From contig CM082579.2 of NCBI GenBank assembly GCA_040954595.2, forward strand, positions 6,809,625 to 6,873,624: a stretch of DNA of 64,000 bases. The letters run 5' to 3'. Below are positions 51,247-64,000 of the stretch, piece by piece; within the stretch, counting starts at the first letter, position 1; each line of letters begins with the position of its first letter. This DNA is from Balanoglossus misakiensis (lineage: Eukaryota > Animalia > Hemichordata). Under the pieces are notes generated by a model that was given only the letters and a program-made list of their open reading frames with translations, did no database searches and was not told the origin of the DNA. The translations under genes and the position numbers were made by a program.

Positions 51247-52458
51247 AATCCAATTTTTTGGCCCAATTTTTGGGGTACCCTCAGCTGACCTTTGAAGTAC
51301 TTACTGAAGTACTTACATAACGTAGAAGTTAACTTTTGGTTGTTGTGTTTGTACTTGTTGGACATCCATTTCGGGTGGTTGCCTACTTCCCCATATCTCC
51401 ACCTCCAGAGCAAATACAGCCTACGCATTTGAATGGTACAACCCTGAATGGAGTCTAATGGTTATTATCTCTATGCTTGGGCCCCTTCAATGCTGCTTGC
51501 AGCTTTAATTATTATTTGACTTCACTCTGTCAATGGGCCACTATATGAAAATGGAATTTAATCTTCATGTAGGTGTTACGATTGTACTACGAATGCATAT
51601 AATTTAAATATCAGTGGTGAATGAACAATAAGGGTGTACGTCATTAACATAGCGTTAGCTGTAGTAGCCGTACACCTGGGTATTTTGAATACATGTATTA
51701 CGTAAGGTTTTTTTTATTTTTGACTCTCTGCAACGCAACGGCAGTCAAGTGGCGTGAGCCGACCAGAAAACAGACAAGTTGTACTCGGCCATGAGCGACG
51801 GGGACTGGAATCTTGTAATCCACGTGGGAGCTCGGTGTTGAAGTTCAGCACGTCGGTATGTCCTGTCGGTTTGAATTCAGCGTTGCTCTCGGACTTAAAA
51901 TGCATGTCTACGCCAGCAACTGTAAGTGAAATGAACCTGTTACTTTCTTCTGAGAGGACTTCAGGAAAGAACTGTGCGAGAAAGCAGCACGCCAGCGTAT
52001 CATTTTGTCATTGTTGTTGCTGTCTGGGTGTTTGTGTTGCGAGTTTTTGGTTCGCAACATAGGCAAAAGTTAGTTTGTCGATTCTGAGTGAAATTGAGCC
52101 GACATATAACTTAGCACAATGTGTCTACCCTATTAAGCATTCCATCGTGCCCTTCAGCAGGTGATATGTGTACGTGTGCTGATACGTCCTACTTGCGAGC
52201 TCCAGGAAAGTTAGATTGGATGGCGGTGGGGGGGGGGGGGCAATTCACGCAAAGCAATACCCTTGCAGCAAATTGGTTGGTCTAGACATCCCAGAGGAAA
52301 CGTCTGCCAAGGAACAAATGAAGGAACGCGGCACGGCGTATCCAATTATCCCTTGCACTCTCCCCAGTGGTTTAAGATCCTTTGAAAAAAAAGTACGCAT
52401 ACTTTGTCAAATTTTCCATATATAAGATGATCGCAGATAAGCCGGAAAACTCTCAAAC

Positions 52459-55400
52459 ATGGCCTGCCCGAAGAGAAGATGCAACGCCTTACAATATTGC
52501 CGTGAAATACGTTTGACGTTGACGCTCATCGCTACCTTCGTGGTGTTGTCAATGACATTGATGCAGCAAGCAGGTAACACACTTATTCTGGACTGGGCAC
52601 AGTCATTCAGAAACTTATAAGATTCCCCAAACAGTAGCTGATAAATCTAACTACATGTATAGTATTTTGTTATAACTCATGGTCATCATAGGAAAAAAAT
52701 AATTCGATTTCCAGGTTGTACCACCTTCTACTTTTTCAAGCCGATGGATCACGCTGCAGCCTATACGTTTTGTGAGCGATTCGGATTTCGCCTGGTTAAA
52801 GACGACAGCGAAACAAAACACGCGGCTTTGCTAAAGACTTTAGGAGAACAAGACATTCTAGTAAATCTGTTCAGGATAGATGCTCGGCTAAGTGACAACG
52901 GACGCGTAGTCACAACAAGAGACGGGGAAATTTTGACGTACAAGCCCTGGGAAGTAAATTTTCCAAAGAATAACGAAGAGTGCATTATACTGGGGTGAGT
53001 TGAGCGTTTTGAAAATATAATTGAAGTATGCAAAGTAATGCTTTTGGGGGCTTTAAACTAAAAGCATTCACATATATATTATCATGTGGAGAAGCATGCG
53101 ACCCTCAATATTATCAGTAGGCGCAGACTTGATTGACGATTGTAATCATATCAAGATGTTGCAACGGGCAATGTCTTCAGAAGACATTCTTTATGTCTTT
53201 GGCAATTGCAACCATACATCTTTTTTTTATGGGCAACCTTGAGTTACTCTGTCTACAGATGTGTCTCATCGTTACACTGCACTTTCTGTGTCAAAATGTG
53301 GTGCACCATGTGAACTAGTTTGTCTATTTTCTCCATTGGCGAATCACGACACAGATAACGGATGAGGTATGCTATAAACCTGTCTATTTAATTCACAGAT
53401 TTGGCAGCTGGCGGGACTTCGGTTGCACCTTCGCCATATTCACCGATGTTCTGTGTGAAAATGCAAGTAAGTCATTGTTTAATGGGACTTCTTGCCCAAT
53501 CTAATTATATTAGACAATTGTAGCGGTTTTTCGGTAAACGATGCTTCTTAGACGACGGTTTTGTTTCTTCAATATGCAGCTTCTTTCGACTTGACTAGCA
53601 CAGCGCCGAAGGGTTGGATGTATGCATATCAGCAGTGTCTGAAAGTTGGACTGCGTTTGATGACCGAAACGACCTCGTGGAAAAGCAAGCAGTTCATTGC
53701 TTACCTTCAACCGTCGGACAGGGTATGGATCGATGCTACCATCACGCCAGATGGCACAGTAAAGACAACCAGTGGCGTGATATTGCAACACACGCCTTTT
53801 GCTCCCGACCAGAAAATTGACGCTGATTTGTGTATTTACGTAAAGTGAGTTCCTCTCAGCTCATGTTTTCTCTATCAGAAAAAAAACAATTGCTATATAT
53901 ATATCAACCAGTTGGCGAATCCAAGGGTTGATATTCTTTAGATATAGTATTATACTGTAAGCATGGCATTGGTGTTATGTGAATATTATTCGCATTGACT
54001 GCTCTCAAGCTTTGCGGGATTACCATGGATACGCCGACGGAATAGGTTGAAAACTAGTTTATACATACTGCTATCGGACAAAGTCACCCCATTTTTAACA
54101 CCAAATCCCCTAACCCTTTCACCCCCATATCCCCGTGGAAAAGGCCGTCACTGTCATGGTCAACAAAATAAGGGTTGGGCCAAAACAAGGTGGCGAAATG
54201 GTTAATCGAGGATATCCATTTTTATACAGATGTGACCGAGAATGCCAGTGGTTCACACTCGATTGTGATGAAGGTATATCTGACCGTGTAAATCGCATAT
54301 GCGAGGATAATGGTAAGCAGCCTAGAGACATCAGTGTATAGTCCATTTCATAATTACTTCCCTTCCATTGCGACTGATCACGTTTTAAGTTAAATTGTGT
54401 CATCCCATCAAAAGTTAGCTTTCATTTCAATACATCCTTATACAATAAAAACAATGCCACACATGTGCACACACAATAAAAACATCTACTCTCCTGGAAG
54501 GATGTTTACATTAAATTCACGCAATTGTATGGACCATGCGTTTGACTCGGAATTGCAACGCTAAACTCATATAATCGGCATTTTAATAGAACTAAGTAGA
54601 CATTTTATCATTTTTGCATGATATGATGTTTAATTGCATCTTCCTGAAAAAAGATGAAAATGTAACAGGGTATGGATGAATGTAAACGGGTGAATATTAA
54701 AACTTCTTGCTTCCGGTTCATAGATGTATTAAACAACAACTGGTATTATTCATCAACAATTGTGTTCATGCCAACATCTGTTGGACCCAATCCATTAACA
54801 TTCGTGGGAAACCTCTAGGCTATTCCCAAAACGACTGTAATTGTATGCCGAAGTATCACAAGCTGGGCAATTAATCAGAGAATAAGTTTCATCTTGCGGG
54901 TAATCAGCAAAAGTCGCCATTTCAGGTGTGCTGAACTTTGGGGACAAGGCCGCTGCTCTTTGAATGCAACGTTCACATCTGAGATCGAATGTATCACACA
55001 CACATCATCGCCTGATTATGAATCTATCACACGTACACCTAAAAATTCACACATGGCATTTCTAAACTGAGTGGTATCCCAGTTAATAAACATTATACAT
55101 ACACGGTTCGGTTTTCCACCTATCATGTCATCCGTCTTTTTCTGATTCAGATGATGACTTACTTCTGCTGCGGGAGAGCCTGGTTAAGATAAACGTCAGC
55201 GGATTTAAAACGACGGCTATGGTAAGAGAATCGGCATTCGTGTGAGAGTGTGAAAGTGATCGTAACTGCATATAGCTAGGCAATGTCAGTCAAGAGCGTC
55301 ATTAGAAAAACGATTTCCCATTCTGCCCTTTTCATTCAGGGTATCGAAGTGATTGACATGTTGGACGGATTGCTGTCGGACCTTCATGAGAAAAACATCA

Positions 55401-57676
55401 CATATGAAGGAAGGATTTTACTTGCGCAAGGTACTTGATATCTTCAACAATGTGAATTTGTGTCATATATACACATGATTTAGGGATTGCAATTTGTTGT
55501 GTAACACCAATTATTTCATATTACAGAGGTACTGAATGTCATACAAAACGTTCTGGACAGAATGCAGTCCCTGAGTGACGTCAATCGTGGCCAGAAGCTG
55601 GACCCAGGGCGGGCAAACCACCTGACAGCGAAAATAACGGACGTATTCGATCAGTTATCAATGTTTATACTGAACGAGACCAAGCGTGGACATCCGCCAG
55701 TTGTCGCGAGAACGTCCTCATTTGTGCTGAATCTGGAAAAGAACTATGTGCGGGACCTGTGCAATGCTACTCTGATGCTTGGAGATGGAAGTGGATTCCG
55801 AATTCCTCCAGCAGACGCCATTTATCCCCATTTGGCGCCGGACAGGGTTTTGAGCAGGATGGTGAGTATGCAATCTAAAGAATTACAAAAAAAAAATCTG
55901 TCTGTTGTTTCGTGCTGGAGATGTAACTTCCCAATGTTCTCTCCAGGTTTACCGTTTCGGCGGCAATCCCCACAGACTGGCGAACAGGACCCATGGCTTC
56001 ACCAGTGATATACTGACCCTGGAATTTAGAGATGAAGATGGTTGCGAGATGAAAGGTTGGTGAGGAGTAATGTCGTCGGTGGTATCCCCCGCATCCAATT
56101 CGGGTATCAATTCATGCTGGGATGAATTTGTGCTATTTATATGACTATTTTTTGTACTAATCACAGAACAATTTCATTTCAGTCAAAAACGCTTCCGAGG
56201 ATATCGGCGTATGGCTTGGGAATTACCAGACACCACGAAATGAAAGCATCGTCTCCGGGTGGTACGTGGAAAGTGAAGCAGTCACTCACTACGCATTGAC
56301 AGTAACGGTAAACCTCGCACATTGAATGAAACTATTAAACCGACTATTGCATGTTCTGATCTCTACTCTTCGACAATACCATCATCTTGGTGCAATGGTC
56401 ATTCGCGTAAAACCAAATGTAAATGCACTCAAATTATAATCACCTACGGATGTATTTCGCAACATGTAAACACCAGGGTATGTCCTCATGACCCGAGGTC
56501 TGATGACCAACGACACACACCGTGTGAATGGAACTTGCATACCTCCAAACACAGGCAAGGTTGACCTCAGCAAGTTCAGTTGTACCTTTTTTGGAGTTCA
56601 TTTCGCATTGGTTTCTAATCCTTGTAGGCACTATCGACCTACTCTGCCATTCAAATCACCATGGAAGCGTCAGTGCCTATCTTCGAGACAACTACAGCAT
56701 ATGTATCACTGGAGAGACTTGACGCCATCGGTGGTCACCATGGTTTCCATTATGCTACTGAGTTTGCATTTGACGGGTGTACAACATCCATATTTCTACC
56801 AGAAGCAAAGATTACCAAGACGGGCCTGTATTACATTGCCTTTGATCTGTACACTGGTAAGTTTCTGTATATGTACATGTACATGTATATGTTTATAATT
56901 TTTTTTACTTTGAGAATCACAGATAATCAGGATCGTAGATAATCACCACAGTTGTGGTTCACTGCCTGTTGGTGTAATTACCGTGTGTGTCAAGAAATGT
57001 AGGCCACGAATATATCAACCCTATCACCACCATGGTTCAGTCCAACTCCATTGATAAGCAAGGTTGGACCTCTAAAAAGTGAACTGGGGCGAAAGTGTTA
57101 AATTAGATGTAATACGAGATAAAACTGTGCTTCGTCTGTTTCCACGCAGGCCACAAGGTGGACATGAAAATTGTCACCACTCAGCACAGATGCAGCTACT
57201 TTGTTGACAATAATTGGCAGAATGATGGTTGCAAGGTATAGCACACTTTTTCTTCTAATTTTGTCCAAATTGGAGCCCGCCGAGTTCTTCCAAGCACAGT
57301 CCCTAAAAAGGACCGTCTTTCTCGAGGGGCTGTGTTCCAAGCAATGAACCAAAAGACAAGTGGCCGTCTGTGCAATTTCAGTGGATACTGTGGGCAAATA
57401 AGCAACAAAAACTTGAAATGCAGAAGATATTGCATTTTGTGACTGACTCTGACATGTGGTAAAACTATTGCAAACTTATTAACTGTGATGATGCCTGCAT
57501 GTGATGGCGCATACAAGTGTTTAATGGTGTTTCTTTTTGAAAAAAAGTCCTCAATGTACCAATACGTAGAATTTCTGCTGAACGTTTTACAGGTGTCACC
57601 AAATTCCGACTACAATTCTACCCTGTGTCTGTGTAATCACCTGACTGCTTTCATGGCAATGGTGGGAATCGTTTAA
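52459..57676 (+). CDS. Polycystin-1-like (PKD1L/REJ-related) ectodomain-only protein, ~646 aa: signal peptide/anchor + 2 C-type lectin-like domains + GAIN domain ending in a GPS motif; no TM, PLAT or channel region; 13 exons
   Basis: Exons 52459-52573, 52715-52994, 53399-53466, 53580-53844, 54230-54312, 55151-55221, 55340-55430, 55527-55861, 55947-56055, 56183-56307, 56628-56856, 57150-57235, 57593-57676; total 1941 nt, in frame. CTLD1: AYTFCERFGFRL..EECIILG..WRDFGC. CTLD2: AYQQCLKVGLRL..VWID..LCIYV..WFTLDC. PKD-type GAIN: GFRIP..NPH..SDILTLEFRDEDG.EMKVKN. GPS: CSYFVDNNWQNDGCKVSPNSDYNSTLCLCNHL/TAFMAMVGIV*. AATAAA at ~58008. Confidence 0.8.
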
Positions 57677-58205
57677 TCTAATGGACGATGCCACGTATGG
57701 CACGGGGATGTCCGGTTGGTTCTGAGAGGTGACACAATAAGCTTATTGGACGAAGTGTACACAAATGATGTTTCTATAAGATATCCTTGTTGAAAATGTG
57801 TTCTAGACTTAGTTAAGAAAGAATTCTTCATATACATGTTTTTTTTTTTCACATAGTTGTCGATGATGCCTTAAATCGGAAAGGTCTTGCTGTAGGTAGT
57901 CGTGCTGGCAAACTTGGCGAGAAGAGAAACACTGTGACACTTATCATATTGTTAATTTGTTTATTTCGCTGGTCCAATGGGCCTGAGGCCTATTTACAGG
58001 CATGTAAAATAAAAATAATAAAATTCATTTTCAGATGCAACATGCTTATAACTCACTTTCAAATGTTACGTTACTTTTCCTCCACGATTTTGAAATTTCA
58101 CATAAAAAGTGCGAACTGACAGCGGGGCGTAGACTCAAACTAAAGTGTATTTTTCAAAATCCGATGTGTCATGATAACTCCAAACAGACTTCCAGGAAAG
58201 TTCGT

Positions 58206-61081
58206 CTATTGATAAAAGCTCTCCCAAATTTCCAACAGAAGAATTGCAGAATGAAAGCGAAAGTAAATCTCAAGGGGTGTGGCCAGGTGAAGAATTAGCG
58301 CCCAGGTTGCAATGCCAAAGAAGCAGGACTGTATCGGGTGAATGGCTATAGCCTTGATCTCGTAGATGCTCAACCACCACAGGGTGATGTTGGAGAAGAT
58401 CAGAAACATGGCCAGCTGGCGGGTCTGCGTGGCCTTCGATGCCTGCCGAGGTGGGGAGCGGTGGAGTGCGTCGTACAGAAAGATGAACTGGACGAAAACG
58501 CTGGTGATGCGCGAGCACTCCTTCACGATGAGAACGACCGGGTTGTGGTCGCTGTGGAGGAAATTGGCCGCCGCCAAGATGGCGAAAATCGGCTGTATGA
58601 TCTGGCCGACCAGGGACAGAGTCAGCAGGCTGATCTCCAGTCGCCTCTCCTTCCTGGCTTCCTCGCTGTACAGCCAGTCGCTCCTGTACATCATCACGAG
58701 TCCCCCCACGCATGCGAAGAGAGTCAAGACGTTCAGAAGGGATATGAATCCGTAGTAAACGAACTCGGCCGTGTAATGGTCGTCAAATATGACGGTATAG
58801 CCGACGGCTGCCAGGATCGAAATGACCAAAGCGGCAATGCCGGCGGTGAAACCCACGACGCTGTTCTGGAGACTTCGGTTCTTCGCCTGTCGGGCTGCCC
58901 TCAGGGCCACGTGTTCGGTGCCAATGTTCGAGTACAGGTAATATACTATACCAGCCATGATGATGTCATATTCCATGGCGGCCGGCATTAGGAATTTCCC
59001 GGCGAGTACCAGGACGTCGGTAAAGTGCACATGGTTGTCCGTCGGCGTATCTACAGAGAATGGAAATGCTGGGTAAAATATTTTAAGGCAGATTTCACAT
59101 TAACTTCAGTGAACATAAACATGATAGTCTTGATTCAGTGATATCATGATGCAAACGATGTCAATGTCTCTCGAAGATGTTTGAGTGGCTGAAGCCAAAA
59201 TAACCCAGACTTTCTCCATAAGGCAAGAATTGCCTTTTCAACAAAACCGACGTATTAATTCAGATACTGATGCTGCCCTATATAGTTGGAGACAATATAT
59301 TACATCATGGGTTTATGTGTAATTACCGACATTTATGAGTTCCAGTATAAGTTAATATGAGAGACACACACATACACGCACAAACAAACATCCTGAGTCG
59401 CCTGATTGCACTGGAATCTCTTAAGGGGAGGAGGTTGTTGCAACTTACCATCTGTCGGGTAGTTGAGGTCTGTAAAGGAATCGTTCGGTCGCCCACAAAG
59501 ACTTTCACGTTCTCGTGACTCTTGCTCCTGTGTGTAGCGGTCTGACCAAATTTCGCCCGCAAAGTGTCGGCAGTAACCGCTGACATTTGTGGCCCAGATG
59601 AACGTCACGCTTAGTCTAGAATTAAAGGAAATGTGCGATTACTGTTATTATCTGATATAATCCGACTACTGTGCGTTTTGTGCATATAACAAAAATTCCA
59701 TAACGCAGATGTAGTAAATAAATTATGTAATGAATTACAAGCAACGTTTTACAGGTTTCTTGTCCCAAAAAATTGAATTTTGACAACCCCGTACCGACGG
59801 TAGTACAAATATATAGTTTCATATTAGTGTCATGAAATTTTCTGAACGTTACAAACCTGCAGATCGTTTTCCACTTGTTGATGCACACGTTGGAGTATGC
59901 GCAGACAAACGCCAACTGGGCCAAGATGAAGACCACGTGCATGAATGGCACAGATGCGTTCAAGGCCTGGTCACTGCCCTGATTGCTGGAATTCTTCTCC
60001 AAAGCAGCGCAGAACTGGAAGCCAAGCCACAGCAAGTAGCAGATCCCAAAAAGTGCCGCTCCGACTAAGAGAAGAAAAAATTCAGTATCAAATGCTATAC
60101 TTTTCGACTATTAAAAGCACACAATAATAATGTTACAGCCACGTATAGTAGGTAATCATTTTGAATGTTTATCTTGGTAAATTTGTGGTGATTACTATTC
60201 GCTAACAGGGACACGGCAACACGTGGTTTTTTAAATATATATTTTGAAAGATATTTTTAGAGAAGTTCCGTGAAACTGCCCGTATACACTTACATTTGAC
60301 GTAGGTAGACCCAGACTGTTTAATCACAGGGTCGGTGTCTTGGCGCAGGGCCAACTTCACCACAACGATGGCAACTGTGGCGGCCGCGTAGAGAAAGGTG
60401 AAATAACACTCGACGTCCAGATCGGCGGCTTGGTCTGGTTTAACGATCAGAGTCATGGTTAGCACCACAGCAATCACCACCAAGGTGATGGCCGTCAGTT
60501 GGCTGAACGCCACGCTCATAGTGGTCCTGTGAATTGCAAGACCGAGTTGAGGCGTTAACAAGAGCGGTTCGGTATACAGTTCCGTTTATACAGTATTACA
60601 TGAGGCAAGGCAAGGCTGACTCTACAAAATATTAAGCATTCATCGCGGAAACACTGGCCTATTCATTAATATGTTCTATTCCCATCGGTAATAGATTTTG
60701 AGCCTGTAAACAAAAGTGCCAGCGAAATTACACTTACATCGCGGGTAAATGCCTGTCGACAGTCGACATAAGCATTTTCAATGAGACAGGCCTAAAGCCA
60801 ACGACTCTATACTTGTATACATGCACCAAATACACTTCAAATATAAATATTCATTCATGCGTATTATGCTATTGAGGCCATACATTTTCTTCACTTTCGG
60901 TACTCAGTCAATTCATGTATCATTTAAATATAATGTCGAGTATTTACCCAGTCCTTCTGTGAGCCGGTCCCGGCAATATCGTTGTCTCGAATTGGCTCTC
61001 ATCCCTGTCTAGCGTGTAATTGTAGTTGTCCTGTATGTTTGCCAATAGTCTCTCTGATTCGCCAGCTGTAGTCGAAGACAT
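58206..61081 (-). CDS. Otopetrin-family proton channel, copy C (more divergent), 5 coding exons
   Basis: Exons 61081-60948, 60526-60294, 60064-59857, 59615-59449, 59050-58206. Motifs AFSQLT, FLMPAAMEYDII, FVQFIFLYDALHR, FLIFSNITLWW, FFGIATWALILHLATPLEIYFRFHSA. Confidence 0.83.
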
Positions 61082-61512
61082 TGTTGTAGACGTTTGTGTT
61101 GGTCTGTTCGAGTACCCTTGGGTTAGAAAAAACAAAATATAGTCATTAAATGTTTAAGAAGTTGTATGCTCAATTGTTTGTTGGGAAAACTGTAAAAATA
61201 ATTGGTTTCTACGGCAGTTGTCAAAAGTCTATCCTTTCAACATGACCTTATGCAATGTAAATGCATAAAGATTGAGTAAACACAATCGTGATGAGTCATT
61301 GTGTAATTACTAGCATTCAAACTTAACTATAATTCTGATGGACGAAATCGAAACCGAAAGTTACGGTTTATGTTATATTCCTTCACCTGCATTTCACAAT
61401 ATAATTTCGATCAGTTTTGCTCTTGTGAGGGTCGCCTGAAATTTATAGTTGGAATTGAAAAGAACACGGTCCAATTTAATTTAAAGATTGCGCCATGTGG
61501 GCATAGAACTGT

Positions 61513-61532
61513 GTCCGTCCGTCCGTCCGTCC

Positions 61533-61567
<35 letters not shown>

Positions 61568-61596
61568 AGTCAGTCTGTCTGTCTGTCCCTGTCTAT
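61513..61596. repeat. (GTCC/GTCT/GTCA)n microsatellite
   Basis: Directly visible. Confidence 0.85.
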
Positions 61597-62822
61597 ATCT
61601 CATACGAGCTCGAACATAACTTACATATATTGGTGGTGTGACAGAGAGGAATTACTATAGTGGTCGTCTTAAATATCTCTCGGTACACTAGCCACACATC
61701 GGATAAAAATGTCAAACGTCTCTCCAGCAGGATCGAAAATGCTAGAATTGCCTTGCAGCCACGATGTAGGCTATACTCAAACTTTAATATGAGGGTAGGA
61801 AAGCAGAAGATTCTATGTTCGGCTAAAAATAGACGCGGAATTTCCAACTTCAAGCTGACATCTCGGTCACATGGCTCCGTCTGTGTAGGCGACAAACAAG
61901 CAGGATAGTATACGCTTAATAAGTCGGTTCAGTCTTGTTTTTATCTTCCTTACACAAGAAAGCTGAAAAGACCCGTCACACAGAATTTGGGGTGAATTAT
62001 TGCGGGGGCCATTCAACTAGTGATACTCAAGAAACAAGTCTTTCTTCAGGTATGGCCTACTTTTATTTCACTCCATTTTAATACACTGCATATACTTTCC
62101 GGTCCCGTCGCGACGTCATATGTCGACACTCAACCAACCGTAGACACCAGTGTGAAGGGTCGCTTCAGGTCATCCTTCGTGAATCAAGGCAGATCATTAC
62201 CAGGAATGTCTCTGTTGCACGTGTATGTCTACGACCGAAAACCTTATAAAAAGTTGTAATTGAAAAAAAAAATAAGCGTCAGTTCAGAAAAGCCAAGCAT
62301 TATACCTCGTACTTGTAGGCATTCGCATTGTGCATGTAATCCGGGTCACGAGATTCTTAGTAATAGGGTGTATATTATGAGACAGCTCTTTCGCTTTCGG
62401 CCGGGGTGACTCATGCAGTCCGGCTGTCAACAAAGGACTGCTGTCCCGGCGGATAGGTTGACTGTGCCTCGAACCAAGTTGTTTTCATCAACCCATTGCT
62501 TGTAGAACGGCAGCCATCCGAGCGAGAGGTACGCGAGGGGATTTTTCTTGTATGCAGTAAGTGCGCCGACCAACAGTATCTGTACGCGGTATTCGACGTA
62601 GTTTCCGACCCGTCGTGCAGTGTACATGCGTGTTAATACACATAACTTTCGCTTGCGATTCATATTATGTATAATATAACCCGCCATTCCCGATGACTTG
62701 ACCTCTGTCGTTTAGTAACTCATTCCTCCATTCTACCAACAGATCCGGTTTCGGAAGTCTAACCACGGTTCAAGAGGTTGTGCACGTTTTCTTCGAGTTT
62801 GTGACACAGTTAGTCAGTCGAC

Positions 62823-63495
62823 ATGAGGGGACGGGGCCACTATCAGCAAATCCCACCGACCATCAACGATTCATCGATGGAATACGGGTAAGTTTTTATG
62901 TGTGTGTGGTAAACTGCGTTTTCGTTGATTCTATGCCGCCTCCATTAACCAATCGGCGGTCACGTTTGAACTGTGTCCACTAAAGACCAGTAGTCGTTCG
63001 CACCGCTTCCGGACATAGGAGCTTGACCCGACATGGAGGTCATGGCCAGGGGGTCATGCTCGGTGCAAATTTTACCCTACCAGTACAGCCAATTTTCAGA
63101 AATAGAGAACTTGCAGGAATCGGTGCAATATGTGTGAATTTGGGCATTTTCCTTTTCATTTGTACGCAGCTCGGGGACTAGTCTTGTTTGCAGTAAATTG
63201 TTCGGCGCAATGCACGCCATTGTGGGGACGGTGTTACCAGTGGCCTTTGCTCTTCACGCCATACATTCGGCAGAAGCGGGGCTGAACGGTGGATTGGGGT
63301 CAACAAAGTATAGTGGCTACTACGTGTACCTGTTGCTTGCATCCATCCTATCACTGATTGTCATGAAAGCGACCGGAATGATGCGGTCTACAGCTGAACA
63401 GCAACGACCACAAATCACCGCCCCTTTCATTAAAGGTAGGATCCCCATTCAGATGACTCTACTGACTGGTATCTCCATCGTCGTCGTCGTCGTCG

Positions 63496-63552
<57 letters not shown>

Positions 63553-63828
63553 CCACCATCATCATCATCATCAGCGGATATAAAACTTATATATTTATGA
63601 TATGCCAAACATGTTATTTTTTGTTTTAGGCGGTGCTGTGCTCTTCATGATTTGTGGCATACTGCTGGGCGGTTTCAAGTTTGTTTCCGTTGTCGACGGG
63701 AGTTGCATCGGGTGCAGTGCGATCGACGCCGTTGAGGCTGCCCTCGGTGTCGTGCTCATAATTCCCCTGACGATATTTGTGTGCAAGTACTCCGAGCTCT
63801 GCATGACGAAGAACAAATCACTTGCCAG
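62823..63828 (+). CDS. Otopetrin-family proton channel, copy D, 5' part (gene continues past the window end); divergent from copy C
   Basis: Exons 62823-62887, 63170-63435, 63630-63828. CSKLFGAMHAIVGTVLPVAF, YYVYLLLASILS and GGAVLFMICGILLGGFKFVSVVDGSCIGCSAIDAVEAAL align with exons 2-3 of copies A and B, with the same intron phases. Confidence 0.8.
63477..63572. repeat. (TCG)n(ATC)n microsatellite in otopetrin D intron 2
   Basis: Directly visible; it gives the spurious poly-Ile tail of ORF 63198..63629. Confidence 0.9.
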
Positions 63829-64000
63829 GTATGAAATCTGGCCAATCACGTTTCTCGTTTGTTGAGGAGGTTCACGCAAAGACGTGCGCCACCACATGGC
63901 CAGTCGATGAATTACGAGGGCCCTTTTAACCATTCAAGGACAACGTGTGGCAAAAGCTATAAGTGACTATGCACTAACCAATCTGCTATCTGTTCATTTT

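Noticed and set aside
51714-51920. Minus-strand ORF preceded by a plausible splice acceptor
   Set aside because: It has no recognisable similarity or partner exons, so I cannot support a gene.
58338-58991. 217-aa antisense ORF over otopetrin C (similar ones overlie the F-box, TRAF and ARM exons)
   Set aside because: These are shadow ORFs caused by GC-rich codon usage on the coding strand and have no recognisable domain.
62427-62687. 86-aa minus-strand ORF between the divergent otopetrins C and D, considered as a possible missing sulfatase exon
   Set aside because: It has no sulfatase or other motif in the frames examined and is probably promoter or UTR sequence.

Overview
This is eukaryotic (animal) genomic DNA with short GT-AG introns, most likely from a marine invertebrate deuterostome such as an echinoderm (an inference from gene content, not a database result). 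I assembled the exons by hand from splice sites and reading frame. In order the window holds: an intronless F-box/LRR gene; an 8-exon ADAP (centaurin-alpha) ArfGAP-PH-PH gene; a tail-to-tail inverted pair of galactose-3-O-sulfotransferase genes; two tandem TRAF2-like genes with different zinc-finger content; and two orphan 3' exons of an arylsulfatase B-like gene missed by the ORF track. These are followed by a 12-exon gene with the unusual architecture SPSB-type SPRY + neuralized (NHR) + ARM repeats + NEURL4-type ADP-ribosyltransferase domain, and a cluster of four otopetrin-family proton-channel genes. Inside that cluster lie a 3.8-kb array of ~520-bp units carrying perfect palindromes and ending in a telomere-like TTAGGG tract, and an intact 13-exon polycystin-1-like gene (signal peptide, 2 C-type lectin domains, GAIN/GPS) that stops 10 residues after the GPS cleavage site with no transmembrane part. 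The SPRY-NHR-ARM-ART protein and the ectodomain-only GAIN protein are the strongest candidates for undescribed biology.
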